DNA of 64,000 nt from Tubulanus polymorphus (GCF_964204645.1 NC_134029.1:17106950-17170949), one strand, 5' to 3'; counted from the first letter of the stretch, positions 1 to 13,954 are shown. Program-made: numbers and translations. The notes: generated by a model not told the origin, from the sequence alone.

Positions 1-161
1 ATCAAAATAATCCGGATTAGGGATCATCCTTGGGGCCCATTTACCCTTGTAAGATGGATTATCTATCATTGGTGGTTTCCATTTGCCTTTATACTCAGGG
101 TTTTTGATCATTGGTGGTTTCCATTCTCCGCATCCTGCCCCGTCAGTACATTTAGGATTAT
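1..161 (-). CDS. CANX: Calnexin exon (P-domain type-2 repeats; continues beyond window)
   Basis: [53 protein letters not shown]; acceptor AG at 163-162. Confidence 0.93.
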
Positions 162-3100
162 CTTGAATAAAAGTCAGGAGAAATATCAGTCTGATTGCCC
201 TGCATAAATTCTTTCTACCAATTTAACAAACTCGTAATTGGACATGTGTGAGAATTTACAAGAAATCAAAATCCCAAAATCAAATTATGATGTGTTTCGA
301 TCTAAATTCATTCTTGTTTCTCCGGTGAAAAGTATAAGGTCCAATTCTTTAAAGATGAAGCTGACTAAAAACTTACTGATCATAGGAGCTTCCCAATCTC
401 CATCCATATCATCATCCCTACAAAAAAAATATCACCATATATATCATTGTAATAATGTGTAATACTAAACATTCAATAATTTATTTTTTGAACCCTGTAT
501 GGCTGATTAGGAGACCAAAACTGCCCGCACATTGGCTAGTAAACCAAACCTAACAAGTTCTTGAAATCTCCAGAAATAGGCATTTGATTTGATTTCATTG
601 ATTCTTATTTGATTTTATTTTCTATAACTCAACTTTATATCTGCAAATAATGAGTACTGAAGGGCCGGAGTCCTAAAGGGAGGCATGAAGGCTACCCTCA
701 GAAAAATTTAGAAAATTTTCATTTCTCTGAGATCACTAGTAAGCGGATTAAGAAAATCTTGCATCAAAAGTTGTTTATTCAAACTAGGAAATAGATGATG
801 TGTAGTTGCCTGTAAGGACACAGATTTGTCAGCAAGAGATGATCCAAACAACAGACTGTAGATTTGAATGCCACGATAATTCCTCATAGAAGATCAAGAT
901 TTTCTATAAGGATAAAGTGATGTCAATATTTCCATCGCAATGCAGTGGTTTAAAAACTACAGAACAAACTGCTGTCACTCTTTTTTTTATACTAAGTAAC
1001 AAATGACCGATGGAATAATGAACAGCATTACACTGCTATCAGTAAGGATTCCAATCAGCAGAAACAGTTTTATTATGAGCAGCCAATCCAGCATTTGTTT
1101 AGCCAGAGACCCAAATATGACATCAATAACTACCACCTTCCTCCTTCCAATTTTCATAACGGATCTAGACGATCACATACATCACATACATTACATTTTG
1201 CTCTAAATAAATGAATTTCCAAAAGAAAGGTACTACCACATGCCTATATGAATGGATTCTGTCGGATGCAGGAACCATGAATAAGAGCCCTTTGTTGCCT
1301 ACAATATTTCAGTGTCAGAAAAATACTTTTGCACAAATCTTGCTCAATAACTCCATACTCAGATACATCGTCCATTTGGTCACACTAGAAAAATTTCTGA
1401 AAGTAATGGTCAGACTCACCAGTCGGTAGGCTTCTGAGCCTCTGGGTCCGCTATCAATTCAGGTTCGTCATCCAACCAACCACTTGGTTTCTCTGCAGAA
1501 GAATCGGGAATAGTTTCAGCTGCATTCTCATCCCAATCCTCCGGTTTGACAGCTTCAGGATCGGGTATCTTTTCCCGGTCGTCCCAATCCGTTGGCTTCC
1601 TATCATTCGGATCGATGATTTCTTTCGCTGGATTCACAGCAGGACTGAAAAGAAATAAAGCATGCAAAACAATGAGAGGCCAACAGTTTAAGGCCAAAAA
1701 TAAGTTTCTTAATTTTCGTTAAGGGTGCCCATCAGGTGGCGTTGGATTAGAGTCGTGTGCAACTAGATAGACAACCCACATGCATACACACGCAGTTTGT
1801 TATAAACACCTGCTCCACTAAGTGTTCTATACCGACGTGCACTAAAGTTTCATGTGGTGTTTTAATTAAAGAGGCTTAAGATAGAATAAACTTTCCTTGA
1901 TTATGAACTTGATTATAAATAATCATTAAAACTTTTAAGGTAGAGGAGGACTGCCAGTTTTGTAGTGGAATTCGTTATAATAATTCATTGATTTTTAGGG
2001 TTTTCTGTTACTTCACAGAAAACCCTATTGATATCTGCGTGATTATTATTAGGGTTTCTGCTGCTTTGGCAGAAACCCTATTGGATTCCTCCTGATTATT
2101 ATTTTAACATATTTACCACTAAATTTCGTCACAAAAAAATCATCTTCTATTAGATTTGACTAGTAACAACTTTGAAACGAAATGTTAAACTCTGATAATA
2201 ATATAACAGTCTCTTGCTGCGCGTAGTTTCTATGGATGTACTGTGCTTCCTATTTTAAACTTGAAGTTACTTAAAGATAACACCGGTGGAAAAAGCAATC
2301 ATCAATCATGGCGCGCATACTGGCGCGAATTTGAAAGTTTGTGACGTCATTTCATAAATAAAAAAAGAAGGAAGGCTCCGAGAATATCCAAATCACAGGT
2401 TACTGTGAATAAATGGGGTTCGACCATTCACAAGTTAAAAATGTACTTCCTTGTTTATGAAGTAAGTTTATTCATACTGTTATTAAAAGCAGTTCCTTTT
2501 AAACATTCTGTAATAGTTTAGTTTTGTTCGTGGATATCAATACTTCGAATAGTCAACAGCGGTTTATTTATTTATTGTACCGGTTCGCGTTTTCTTAATT
2601 GAATTGAATTGGTCCGGTCCAAAAGGCGGGTCATACTAGTTAGCGTCAGAAAATGTCAGCGTCGGTGATACCTTGTTATCATCGATATCAAACGGTCTAA
2701 AGTCAGTTTATAAATCATAAATTGGAGGTCCCTTGTACATGTACATCACATCGTGACGCAGCGGCGATGGTAAAGTCATAGAAGAACAGTCAGTTGAAAA
2801 TACCTACCCACTGCACCGATAAAGAATGATTGCTAGTCAGAGACCAGTGACAGTCAGTAATGGGGAGTGATGGTACCGTTCGTGATTATGTTTTTATAAT
2901 GGTTATTGGACGTCATTTTCATATGTGAATTGTAGTCCCCATCTGATCGCTTGACTTGTCAGACTGACTTGTCACTCCTCTACTAATAGTAACACTAAGG
3001 CCTTCCCTCCTGCATAGTTTACCCTATAGGCCAGATTTGTGCTTTGGGCCAAATTCGGTTTTCTTATCTAGTCGACTTTTTGTCGGAACTATAACCGAAT

Positions 3101-6100
3101 ATGCGCTTAAACTATAACTAGGGAATGGTAAAAACACCGTAGCTTCGTTCTTCTCGATGTTATTTCCCCCAAAACCTGGCGCATTAGTACTTTGCGCGTA
3201 GTAGCACATGCGCGCAGTAGCACATGTGGGTCAACATATCCATGTTGTGAGTTGACCCCTAGGTGGCACTCTTTAAAAAAAACGGAATGTAGCGAACTGA
3301 TTTCGGGTGAAATCTTTGCTCGCATTCCTGAACGACATTCTATCCAGAAAGGCAGAAACCCGTTATGGCTGCTTGCAGCTATATTTATTATTATTTTCTT
3401 CCACAATATTTTTACCAAAAGAACATAGGCTTTGTTACCTTACCGCTGTTTCATATACAATCCATATAATATCCTTCATCTCACTGAGATCTACAAATAC
3501 TCCGCGTGTTTTTTCAAGAATCATTGTTACAAAAGCACTGTCGGGCCGTAAACATCGAAAATTTAGCCCCATTCAATGGGGCGGCATGTTTTTCGAGTCG
3601 TCATCCCGAAATCAACCTGCAGGCCGATTGTCATTTCGATTATCAATTCAAGTATAAATGAACTAATTTATTGCCGCAGAATTCACATTCAGCCGCGGTT
3701 TTCAAACAGTGATTTTAACGATAGCCCATTTTCCTCATCAAATCATATTACCGATACACTGGAAATTTACTACTTTAGATTTTAAAAGCACTGTCGAGCC
3801 GTAAACATCGACGTTCCGGGGATCAGCTGCGAGTTTCTCCTCATCATGAGAATCAAATCGAGTACAAATTAATTTATTACTACCAGTGATTTGGCTGCGG
3901 GTTTCAAGGAGTTAGTTTAACAAAACCTATTTTTCTTTACCGAATTAACCGTGTATTTACTAAGATAAATCTTTAGTGTACAGCTATATTTAGGGTTTTC
4001 TGACTTTCGTCGAAAACCCTCTCGAAATTCTGTTGATTATTATTATTATTATATATTTTCCGCCGATTTCGTCAAATAAAATTCATCTTCATTCAGATTC
4101 GGCAACTGACAGCTTCGAAACGAAATGTATAAATTGATACTGTAATAACGGTCTCTCTGAACCAACAGATTGTCTGAATGTACTTTCCATCCTATTTGAA
4201 ACTTAAAATTACTTATTAGGTTACTGTAAATAAAGAATTGAATTGAATTGTTAGACGACAAGCACCGGCGAAATAACAGTTTGTGACGTCATTTAGTAAG
4301 TAAATAAAGGAGGGCTCCGATAATTTCCAAATCACGGGGGACTATACTGGGGTTAGACCATTCAACCAAAAAGAGGATTGCTCCGATAATATCCAAATCA
4401 TCTCATTTTATTTTTTCCATCGAATACCCGGTAATTAATTTTTCCTTTCGATCACATGCATCCAGAAAACCCGTTATCGCTGCTTTGCAGCTATATTTTT
4501 TGATTGAATTTTTTCTCATGACCTGAAAATGCTGATATAGAAAACTATATGCTGTGTGAATATGTTGAGGTAAATATTTCAATGGTAAAATCTAGGGTTA
4601 AAGAACTCAACTTATACGGTGATTTCATTATATTTTATTTATGAAGAACTGCCTTTGAAGTTGTATTTGGATTTTTCAACATTGTAAGAATATTCAAAAC
4701 CACGAAACAAAATTCTTTATGGACTTTCGTAAATGTACACGAGTGTATGTTTAATCAGCATCAAAATAGAACATTGGTACTCTAGATTAGAGATTATAAG
4801 CAGACCAAATGAAAAATAGTGAAACCTTTGGATTGAATTCAAATGATGGGAGACGACTGATTTTCACAATCGAAATTTTAGATCGAAAATGAAGACAGAA
4901 TATATATCAAGAACTAGGGGTCCAGGGCATGGTGCCCATTTGGGAAGTGGTTTTAAATGCTCAACAATTTCAATATTCAACGCCCCGTGGTGACCATATA
5001 CAAAAACCAATGACCTTGAAACCCACCACAATCATAGAACATGTCAGCCGCTACGATTTTGCAATTGATTGTTGTAGCCTAGTATATCAATTTAGTACGT
5101 TAGTTTCAGTAGAGGAAGGACCACTCAGTATTTTGTTTCAGTTATCCATTGTTTTGTTACACCATCATGCCTCTTATGGTGGTTTAAATCAGACTTTCAG
5201 GATGTAGTGATACATTTTAAATTCTCATCAGCAGTTCAAAATACTGAGAAATGGATTTGTCATCGGCAATAACCTTACCATTTTTGGAAAGCAATGTGCC
5301 TCCAGATTGCATCTGCCCACGTTTAAAACTTTAAAATATTAAGATTCATCTGACTATAGTAAACTTCAATTATTTTATCAGGTTCAGTTGGTTGGTGTTT
5401 TATAATTTTTATTTTCAATTAAGAATAGTTTTCAAAGGTTTAATTCTATATTTTGGATGTTACTATTTTTCCTGAGTAGTTTCAGGAAATGGGGGGTAAT
5501 TTAGATTGGAATTGCCTGTTGTTGAATTTTAGTCAGGTACCAATCTAATAAGGAAATACTAAGTTATTCTACTATTCAATGCCCCCTGGTGACCATATAG
5601 AACAACTAATGTCCTTGAAACTCACCAAAATCATAGAACACGTTATGGGCTACAACTTTCCAATTGGTTGTAGTAACACAATATGCTCAGGTATCAAAAT
5701 GTGGAAAAACTTTTTTCCACCAACGAATGAGTACTGATGACACCAAGATGGCCGCCAATTGCGTCATAATTAGCAGATCAAAAATACCTGTCTCAGGCAT
5801 AAAACATCCCTTTCCAAAGAATACCAAATACCATCACAAATTGCAATGGCTGCCAGTCAGCCATCTTGATTCTGCCAGTTTTTGGGCTGAAGGTGTGTCT
5901 AATGTAGATACTGTGTAGCCCAAATATCAAGACATCACATTGAAGCATCTTCAAAACTTCCCAAAATAACTGGATTCCCTCTACGGACGGACAAACGACA
6001 GACGAAAAGTGAACGCAATAGCCCGCTGGGAGTAAAGTCCCAAGTGGGCTAAAAAACTGTCTTTTTTCAAATTATAAATGGAAAGGCATACCTATCTTCG

Positions 6101-9100
6101 GCATGAAGTTTTTGGCAGAATTTCAGAGAATCCGTGCTCCAAGTAATCAAAAAAGCTTAAGATGTCCCCCTTGATTGAATCCAGAAGTTTTCATGAAAAT
6201 CCGTCTATTGATAGGATCTCCATCACACACAACTGCATGATGATTCATCATGAATATACATGGAAGTGGGTTTTCCCCACTGACTCAAATAGACACTCTC
6301 CTGTACGAGGTTTGTTAGACAATTTATTTTCGTAAATTGAACAATTTCCAAGATTCACTCCCCACTGCACTTCTTTAAAATTCACTGGTTTTTCCCGGCC
6401 GCCAGCGACGAACCATGGCAGTTGAATCATTTGCAGTTTCCAAGAAAACTTTAACTAGGCCACGCACGTGTGTGAAGAATCAATATACGTAAAAGGGCAT
6501 GTGTTATTCCGAAAACGAAATGTAGTTCCAACAACAAATAAATAACTAAATTGATAAATAAGCAAGGGATTCCGATGAAATTCAATAGCGTTAGACTTTT
6601 ATTACTGCATTGAATGTTTAAAAATTCTGAAGAGAAACTAAGCCTCGTTAAGAAGTTATTTTGTACCTAAGGAAGAAAGTTACAAATGCGATAGCAAAAT
6701 TGACTTAGCTAAATCGAAAGTCCATAACAATCCAATTAATTTGCATCCTATCCCATAAAAGACTTGATTTTTATGCCTAATGCTTGTATCAGTTTTGAAT
6801 GGAAACCTCAAATCAATTTTAGAAAATGGATGGAAACTCACGTAAAATCTTGTAACAAATGTCCAGAGTTGATGAGTCCTTGATCTATGTACATCTCAAA
6901 AGTGTTATCAGGGAAAAGAACTGGAAAGAATATCAGTATTATGAGGATAATCATGATATCAAATTTTGTAGAGAATGAAAAAGGTTTTCTAAGCGGATTA
7001 AATCTCACCTAATGTGTATAAGTGAGTTTTTTTATCGGTGTAAAATTTATCAATAGAAGCAGACGGCTTTTTAGCATGCTTTTCCTGAAAAATTAAAAGA
7101 GTTTACATCAAAAATGAATCACCCAGAAATAAAGTTTTACTGATATTCTAATGAATGGTCCAAGGCCACTTGCAAAAAGGCAATAAAACTCTTCAATGCC
7201 CCCTGGTGAATGTATACTAACACAATGGCCTAGAAGCTCACCACAATCATGGAACTTGTCATTGGCTGCTATTTTGCAAAAAGTTAAAAATGTTTCAATA
7301 TTCAACTCCCTCTAGTGGGGAGAACAATACACCGGCTAATCCCAATTCTGAGTGATGAGATGTGCCCTCCAGACAAGAGCTGAGAAATCTTAAATATACA
7401 AGTTGAAACCTGACATGACTTTCAATTGCCACAAAAAGCAATGACCTAAAAACGGGGCCTGTTTCAAGGACTAGGCATGAAATATCCCTAGGGGTAAATC
7501 CTCAATCTGGGAGACAACCACCATAGGAACAATGAGAAACCATGGTTATAACTGACAAATTTTGAAATGTTCCCAGGGACTATTTTTCTTCCACATCTAT
7601 GAAACCCAGCTCAGGTTGATATATATGTCAAAGATTTCATCACTGAAGTATACCTATCTCACTAACTGGCCATCTTGTGAATTAGATTGGGACAATTTTT
7701 GTCGCAGTTATGCTAGAGTACTGAACAACCGTAAAAAGTGGGTACATTTCCAATGTTAAATTAAAATAGTACCTCAAATTGTCCTTTTCGTGGATGTTTG
7801 TGTCTGAATATAAAATGAAACTGAAACAAAGAAAATAATTCAGTTAATCATTAGCTAACTGGTATTTCTAAATCGGGAAGATTTTATACTCTTTAGATAC
7901 ACAATCAAAAAGATACCTTGTAATCAAGTCCGCATTTATCAGGTCCAAACATAATCGTATATGGTGTTTTATCCCTGAACTGTTTCTGCAACATGAGAAT
8001 AATTAACCAGAAGTAAGCAATAGTGGCGAGAGATTTCATTGTAAGTAACGTTTCTATGTATCCAGTTGCAAACTTTTGGGTTAAAAGTGAACTCAAACAA
8101 TTGAGTAAAATCTAAATGGAACTGCAGCTTAAATTCATTGAATATCCACGATTTTCGCGTGTGATCATTGCTTGAAGTCGGATAACAGTTCAAAACCACT
8201 GCACTGTCAAACATTCAGAGATGTTTCACAGTGGGTGGATTAATGAAATAGAAGACCACACTTGTAGCCTAGCAAGAGTATTGTCGGGATTTTCAATGAA
8301 CATAGTTATTTGTATACAACACTCGTGTGCATGACGGGCTGAAACAACATAAATGTTTTCATGCCTAGCTTTGGAGTCTGCAATATGGCGGCTTCTATCC
8401 ACTGTTAATGCTCCTGATAGCCAAATAAAAATTGTTGTGCATGATTTAATCAGGTAAAATAGAAAGTTATAACTGGCATTAACTAACAATAGAAGAAAAT
8501 AGATTTTAGTTTAGATGCTGTAGTTCCCCTTTTACTTAGAACTGGTAACATCATCCTCTAGTTGGTTTCTTACCAGGTCTAGGTCAGGATTATCGGACAA
8601 CAATTTTATATACGCTCCTCCGCATTCAATACCATTTTGGAATCGCACTTCATACCTGATAAAACAAAAACCTCAAAATTTAATAACTATAATTTCGTAT
8701 ATACTTGCAATAACAGTGTAAAATAAATATGAATATATACTTTCCTTAAGTTTACTCATTTTTTGCACCAAGAACGATAGGATCCTTAAAATAGGGATTC
8801 TGACTATGAGGTCAATAAGCAAGGAAAATTCCAAGCTTAAATTCTAGTACTTACTGAGCAACAAATGGTTTCTTATCAAACACAAACGGTTTATCTAACA
8901 TCGATGAGATGGCATGATGTTTCGCTTGACTCTGTGAAATGAAAAGTTATTTTCTATTTTTCATATTCAAAAAAATTACTCATATATACTCAGACTGGCA
9001 AAAAAGAGATAAATACAATAGTGTCTGTGTTTCAGTTAGATTCTAATTGATACCTCTGATTTCTTGTGATAAGACAATAATTCGAGACAAAAAGATCTGC

Positions 9101-11317
9101 TACATATCTATTCATTGAAGGCCTGGGTTACAGACTTCTACGCATTTTTAAGCCCTTAGCACTTTCCAATTTTATACATGTACATACTTTCATGTATCGT
9201 AGTCGAAATATCAAATGAAATACATATTCTTATTTCGCAAAAGTAAAAGTACAATCACTTACCTTTAATACTAAAGCTAGGTCACCCTGAATAGCATTAT
9301 CCATAGGTTCCTCAACAGCCCAGACTCCATCATATTTTGCTATGGTTTCATCGGAATCATCTTTTTTTGCTTCAGATTTTATCCATTTCTTCTCAAACTC
9401 TGCCGGGTCGTCGAATGTGTAAGCGAGATAGGTGTTGCCATTGGGTACAGGTTTGCTATACACCGGCTATAAATACAATACAAATCAAGAATATAAATAT
9501 AATAGTAGATACTAAGGTTTTTCGAGCTCAGAAAATTACCCAAAAAATGTAAGGCATTGCATCGCAATGAAATATTGTACTAGCTGGTTCAACAGTAATA
9601 TTGAACTGATGATTACACATTATTCTATTTAAACAATCTGGCTCATGTGTCGACAATTCTAATGTGATATCATGTGCGCATAAAGAAGACCCAGCGAAAA
9701 TTGCAATTTTCAAGCATATGGAATTATAATACATAAGCAATCGTTTACATTAATCAACTCTTCATTCGAGATGTCAACTTCACAGGCAACAACGGCCCCT
9801 ACTAAGCCAACTTTCCAGAGGGCGATTCATCTCCCTATGTTGTACAATATTTTCAATTGAAAGCACTACAAGGCATCCTTTAATTTCAATGTGTTTTGGT
9901 TGATTGGTACTTAAGGATGTTATCTATCATCAGGCAACAAAACAAGCTTGAGAGCATACGTACAAGATTAACAAAGAATATCATCATCCAAAAATGGTGT
10001 TGTACAGGACAGAGATGAACCAAGCATTGTCAGACCCAGACGTTTGAATGAAAAATTCTGTTAAGTTTGGATAGACATGAACAGAAGGAAGTTATGCTGC
10101 TTGTGCAGATACCTATGGATATTAAGTATCACATCCCAGAGTTTAAGAGCTATTCTGGTATAAGCATTGAAACCAAAATAAATTGAATGATTCAAAAGTT
10201 CTATTGTCAAAAAATTCACTTGTTTCAATTTATTTAGGGCCAGAGATGTTATTAATTACCTTTACCTCTTGCAAACATTTCCTAACCTTTTAAGTGAAAA
10301 CCTCAGTAAATAAGTACCCTTTGTAAGCTCAGTTCATCACGTCCTGTGCTCTGGAGCACATTTCATAAATTTCAAATATAGGATAAACCTTAAGAGATAC
10401 ACTTGTGCAATGAAAAAATATTTTAGAGTTCAATTCAAAGTTTCAAATGATACCAATGGGCCTACTACATTGTACCATACTCATGCTACATACTGAGCAT
10501 ATAGGTATTCATCTGCAAACATCTCCTAAAGTGGTTGGTTCAGTTTCCATGCTTATCTTACCAAAAATCCGAAGAATAACACCAACAGCCGGCAATATAA
10601 TATCAAAATTTGATGAAATGTTTACATTTGAACTGTTCCACTTTATGAGTCGAGAAAGAAAACGCAATATCCGTGTATGATGAATAAACACAAGAAATCC
10701 CACAATAAATACAGCCAATCGAGAAAATTGAATAGAAGAGTATATATCTGCGCAATATATTGGCTAAAGACTATTAGCCATCATCAGGCGTACAAAAGGG
10801 ATGAGTAAGTCTGATGATGGCTAAGAGTGTTTAGCCGAAACATTGCGCAATATACTTTTCTATTCAAGTTTCTCGTTTTGGCTGTATTTATTGTGGGATT
10901 TCCCGCGTTTGTTCTACGTTATGTCACGAGAATATTCATAACAAATACAAGTCAATCAGGTCCAAAATATGCTGCCGTCCAGCAATAATAGGGGGCTCTC
11001 GAGTAAATGCAAAAATGGCTTGACAACGACTAACCATGAATCTAGCAATAATGCGATAATGACATCGAAAGAGTTAATACAATGCTCATTCAATAGAAAA
11101 CTCTTTTAGGCCTATAGCGTGAATTAGTAGTTAAAAATTTTGCAGATGTTACCCTTTCTTTCGGTGAGTCGGGTTTTTCTGGTTCTTGCTCAGTTGATTC
11201 TTGATTTGGATCCGGTAAATCTTCTAATGCTATATCGTCTTCTTCTGGATCAGTCTGAGCGATAGTTGAACTAACCAGAACCAGTAAAAATACCGCAAAT
11301 AATCCCCAAATCTTCAT
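1..11317 (-). CDS. CANX: Calnexin (ER lectin chaperone), multi-exon gene; 3' part lies outside the window
   Basis: Ten GT-AG exons join in frame: signal peptide [15 protein letters not shown], calreticulin-family motifs [14 protein letters not shown] and [10 protein letters not shown]-domain repeats ([31 protein letters not shown]). Long acidic N-terminus and the C..GCG insert indicate calnexin rather than calreticulin. Confidence 0.95.
377..417 (-). CDS. CANX: Calnexin exon
   Basis: (W)[13 protein letters not shown]; tgtag acceptor, gtaagt donor; phases match neighbouring exons. Confidence 0.92.
1420..1644 (-). CDS. CANX: Calnexin exon (P-domain type-1 repeats)
   Basis: [39 protein letters not shown]...KPTDW; tttcag/gtgag. 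Confidence 0.95.
1993..4500 (+). mobile_element. Nested cluster of non-autonomous Helentron/HINE-like elements (calnexin intron)
   Basis: Three related 5' ends ttagggttt(t)ct...aaaccct (1996, 2050, 3992) followed by (att)n, two matching 3' ends cagaaa(a)cccgttat..gctgc(t)ttgcagc (3350, 4463), duplicated internal blocks. Confidence 0.55.
4913..6056 (-). mobile_element. HINE/Helentron-like non-autonomous element with internal ~156-bp repeat
   Basis: Reverse complement of the elements at 45147-45592 and 45737-45955 (ttagcccacttgggact..tcccagcgggct head, cgtc microsatellite, cccaa.tgggca subterminal IR, 3' hairpin). Confidence 0.65.
6842..6920 (-). CDS. CANX: Calnexin exon
   Basis: [26 protein letters not shown]; ttccag/gtgagt. 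Confidence 0.92.
7009..7084 (-). CDS. CANX: Calnexin exon
   Basis: [25 protein letters not shown]; tttcag/gtgag. Confidence 0.92.
7773..7820 (-). CDS. CANX: Calnexin exon
   Basis: [16 protein letters not shown]; tttcag/gtacta. Confidence 0.92.
7917..7985 (-). CDS. CANX: Calnexin exon
   Basis: [23 protein letters not shown]; tgcag/gtatct. Confidence 0.94.
8574..8655 (-). CDS. CANX: Calnexin exon
   Basis: [27 protein letters not shown]; atcag/gtaag. Confidence 0.94.
8855..8931 (-). CDS. CANX: Calnexin exon
   Basis: [26 protein letters not shown]; cacag/gtaag. Confidence 0.93.
9263..9466 (-). CDS. CANX: Calnexin exon
   Basis: [10 protein letters not shown]...[26 protein letters not shown]...GDLALVLK; atag/gtaag. 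Confidence 0.94.
10686..10912. repeat. ~100-bp inverted repeat of Penelope-like termini containing hammerhead cores
   Basis: Arms 10686-10788 and 10810-10912 are reverse complements; both end in TTGTGGGATTT like the PLE ends at 14240 and 19260. Confidence 0.75.
10806..10850 (+). ncRNA. Minimal type I hammerhead ribozyme core (PLE-associated, partly degenerate)
   Basis: CTGATGA-T-GGCTAA(gagtgt)TTAGCC-GAAAC-ATT; stems I and III are weak. Confidence 0.55.
11153..11317 (-). CDS. CANX: Calnexin first coding exon (signal peptide, acidic N-terminus)
   Basis: ATG at 11317, two nt after a catag acceptor; [28 protein letters not shown]...PKER; donor gtaac. Confidence 0.88.
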
Positions 11318-12417
11318 TCCTATGAAATAGACACAATACAAAAATCAAAATTCATCAATGAGGAAAATGCAGTTGACTGTGGCAATCAAGGATTCTGTTA
11401 AACAGCGAGAATCCACCAGGTGGCAACTGTGTGCATTCATATGATTCTTGATTTCTTCTCAGATTAAAAGAACAAGAGCCCGAAGGGGCACTATGGCCAG
11501 CCTGTCAGCTTTTCATAAAATTGCAAATGATACTGTGGATTATATTTGCCAAAATACACTCCCAGCTCAGAGTCAATACCTATAATTTACACAAGTAATT
11601 AATTCAAGGACCTTGAAAACATTTTTAGTTGAGGAGTTTTCCAGCAATCCTGTCAATCTAGTTTTGAATGTGAAGGCAAAATATTTAGATGAAAGGAAAA
11701 GGGATTTAATTGATCAAATTGTCCCATTGTCATGCAAGCCATCTAATGGGATAATTTGAGTCCAGCATAGGGACCTTATTTAATGTGAGCACCGTCATGC
11801 AGCATGCAACCAAGGACCTTTTGAACCGTACTTGTACAAGTTCAATTCCTATTTATCCCAACCCACGTAGCATATTTTTCCTTTCTGTTTAGGTTATCAA
11901 ATTTTGTTGGTGCCAAATTATCTGAATTAAGCAGATTATTCTGTATAATGAATCATTTGCTGATGGTGAGGGAACAGCCATCATACATTAGAGCTGTATA
12001 ATCCCCTATCAATGTGACAAATCAGGACAGATGGCATGGCACTGGCGGTCTAAGTCACTGACAATGACTATGGTGGCACATAGGCCAAGGCAGGCTACTG
12101 GAACTAACTTCCTACTTCATTATTTATTGGTCAACATTCTGTGACTGAAGTCAGATGTCAAAATGTACATGTCCAAGCCTGCAGACCACATGGCCTACAC
12201 AAACTTAAAAGATATTTTTGACACATGTGACATGGGCAAACTATAGACATTTGATACCAGCTGACAAAAGATTCTGTATAATACGGAATATCGACAAATT
12301 CAAGTTCTTGAATTATTCGTTTGATGGCGCTAGTCAGAACCGGAAATTGGAACCTAAATCCGCCGTGCTCTAGTTCATTTGCAATGAAAATCTCTCGCTT
12401 CAAGTTTTCAATGAGCG

Positions 12418-12967
12418 ATATTTTACTTACTATACATCGTCACGCAAAATCCTTGAAATATGATATCCTACCGCTACGTTGGATATGATAAAACCTCACT
12501 TCAAATGTTAGAAATCACTAAAAATGTCCTAAAATTATCAAAAAACATTTTGCAACAGCTGATGATGTAAAGACTGGTTGCCAGGTATCACATAGTGGCA
12601 GCACTTGACGCCCGATTTCGATTGTTGGTTCGAGTCCTGGTATACTTTTCATATTTTTATTATGAATCTATTAGTGTAGACCTTCTAAAATCAATTTTAT
12701 TTTGTAATATTATTTCTTATTTATCAGTGTAGCCTGCAATTAATTCCCCTTAGAGTCTTGAACTCAACAACAGAGGGATGTCACCCGGCACCGGTCTTTA
12801 CTTCCGTCAGCTGCTTCGAGCATCATCGCTAAATTTGTGATTCTTGGTTATTTTTTTACATTTTTAGTGACATTTAGTGTTCGAAGTGAGGTTTTATCGA
12901 ACTCAACTCATTGTCGGGATATCATACTTAAAGGATTACGTGTGACGATGTATAGTAAGTAAAATAT
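12418..12967. mobile_element. MITE/foldback with ~120-bp imperfect TIRs and a tRNA-like core
   Basis: atattttacttactatacatcgtcacgc... vs ...gtgtgacgatgtatagtaagtaaaatat; internal ccagg...tagtggcagcac...ggttcgagtcctgg (12581-12640). Confidence 0.7.
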
Positions 12968-13685
12968 GGTGACTGGAAGGTTGCCTCTTGACATGATCAG
13001 TCTCATTACAAAACTATCAAAAACCTAATCGTGACAATGTAAATAAAACCCGATCAAGACTGTATGTATGTAAGTGTAGAAACATGTATTCAATATTCAT
13101 GTGTCTGTGCCGCTTTTTTTACTGACGGTCTATCAATGCGCATAGCACTGTCCGATCGATTGCGATACATTCACGGACCTAACCATGCACTGTATATTAG
13201 AAACCCAAAACTGCTCCCCGTGCAAAAACTTTTACTTTTAAGCAAATTCAGCACCAGATGTGAAGTACCAACTGCGCACCTCTTGATGGAGAAACCCATC
13301 CTCACCGGAGCTGCACCGTCGATGCAATACAACTACACTTCGGATACCTCAGGGCCGTACTCTCATCTGGAAAATTTGCGTTTCGAAATGTGCTTCCTTC
13401 CTATCTAGTCAACATGCAGGATCATCAACTAAGAGGACTTCTACATCAACATCTACCCGAGAAAATAACTACAATAAACTATCGGACTATTTACACGTAG
13501 AAAACGAACAAAAAAATATAAAAATGATCTTCAACCTTTTAATAATGTTATTTCCAAAATCTCGATTTATTAAATTAGGCAGCCAAGAAAATTCACCCCA
13601 ATCAGTTGCTTGCCGGTTCAGACTGAATGGAAGATTGTTTGAATGAACCGGATTTCCAATTATGTACTTCGATTTAAAAAAAAAA

Positions 13686-13690
13686 TATAT

Positions 13691-13725
<35 letters not shown>
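13686..13725. repeat. (TA)n microsatellite
   Basis: Directly visible. Confidence 0.9.
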
Positions 13726-13954
13726 TATGTAACACATGAAATGACCATATAAACTGATACAGTACACTTCAATATTGTTGTTAACAACATAACTGTCCAA
13801 TAAAATTGTATATCCTCCTTGAAACTCGTTAAATTCTGGGAAAGTCCTATTAAAAATTTTCAAAAGGTCCTTTTCAGAAGACAGTGTATTCTATTATTCT
13901 TCATTGTGTGACTTGTACTTCCCTTTAGGGCTAGTAATATCAATTGTTTTACTA

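Noticed and set aside
7821-7916. U12-type intron in calnexin (donor GTATCTTTT)
   Set aside because: The donor resembles RTATCCTT, but the branch region (TGATTAAC) does not match TCCTTAAC and a normal polypyrimidine tract is present. Most likely U2-type.
12581-12640. Functional tRNA gene
   Set aside because: It has a B box and paired ends but is too short, lacks a convincing D/anticodon arm and lies inside a repeat element.
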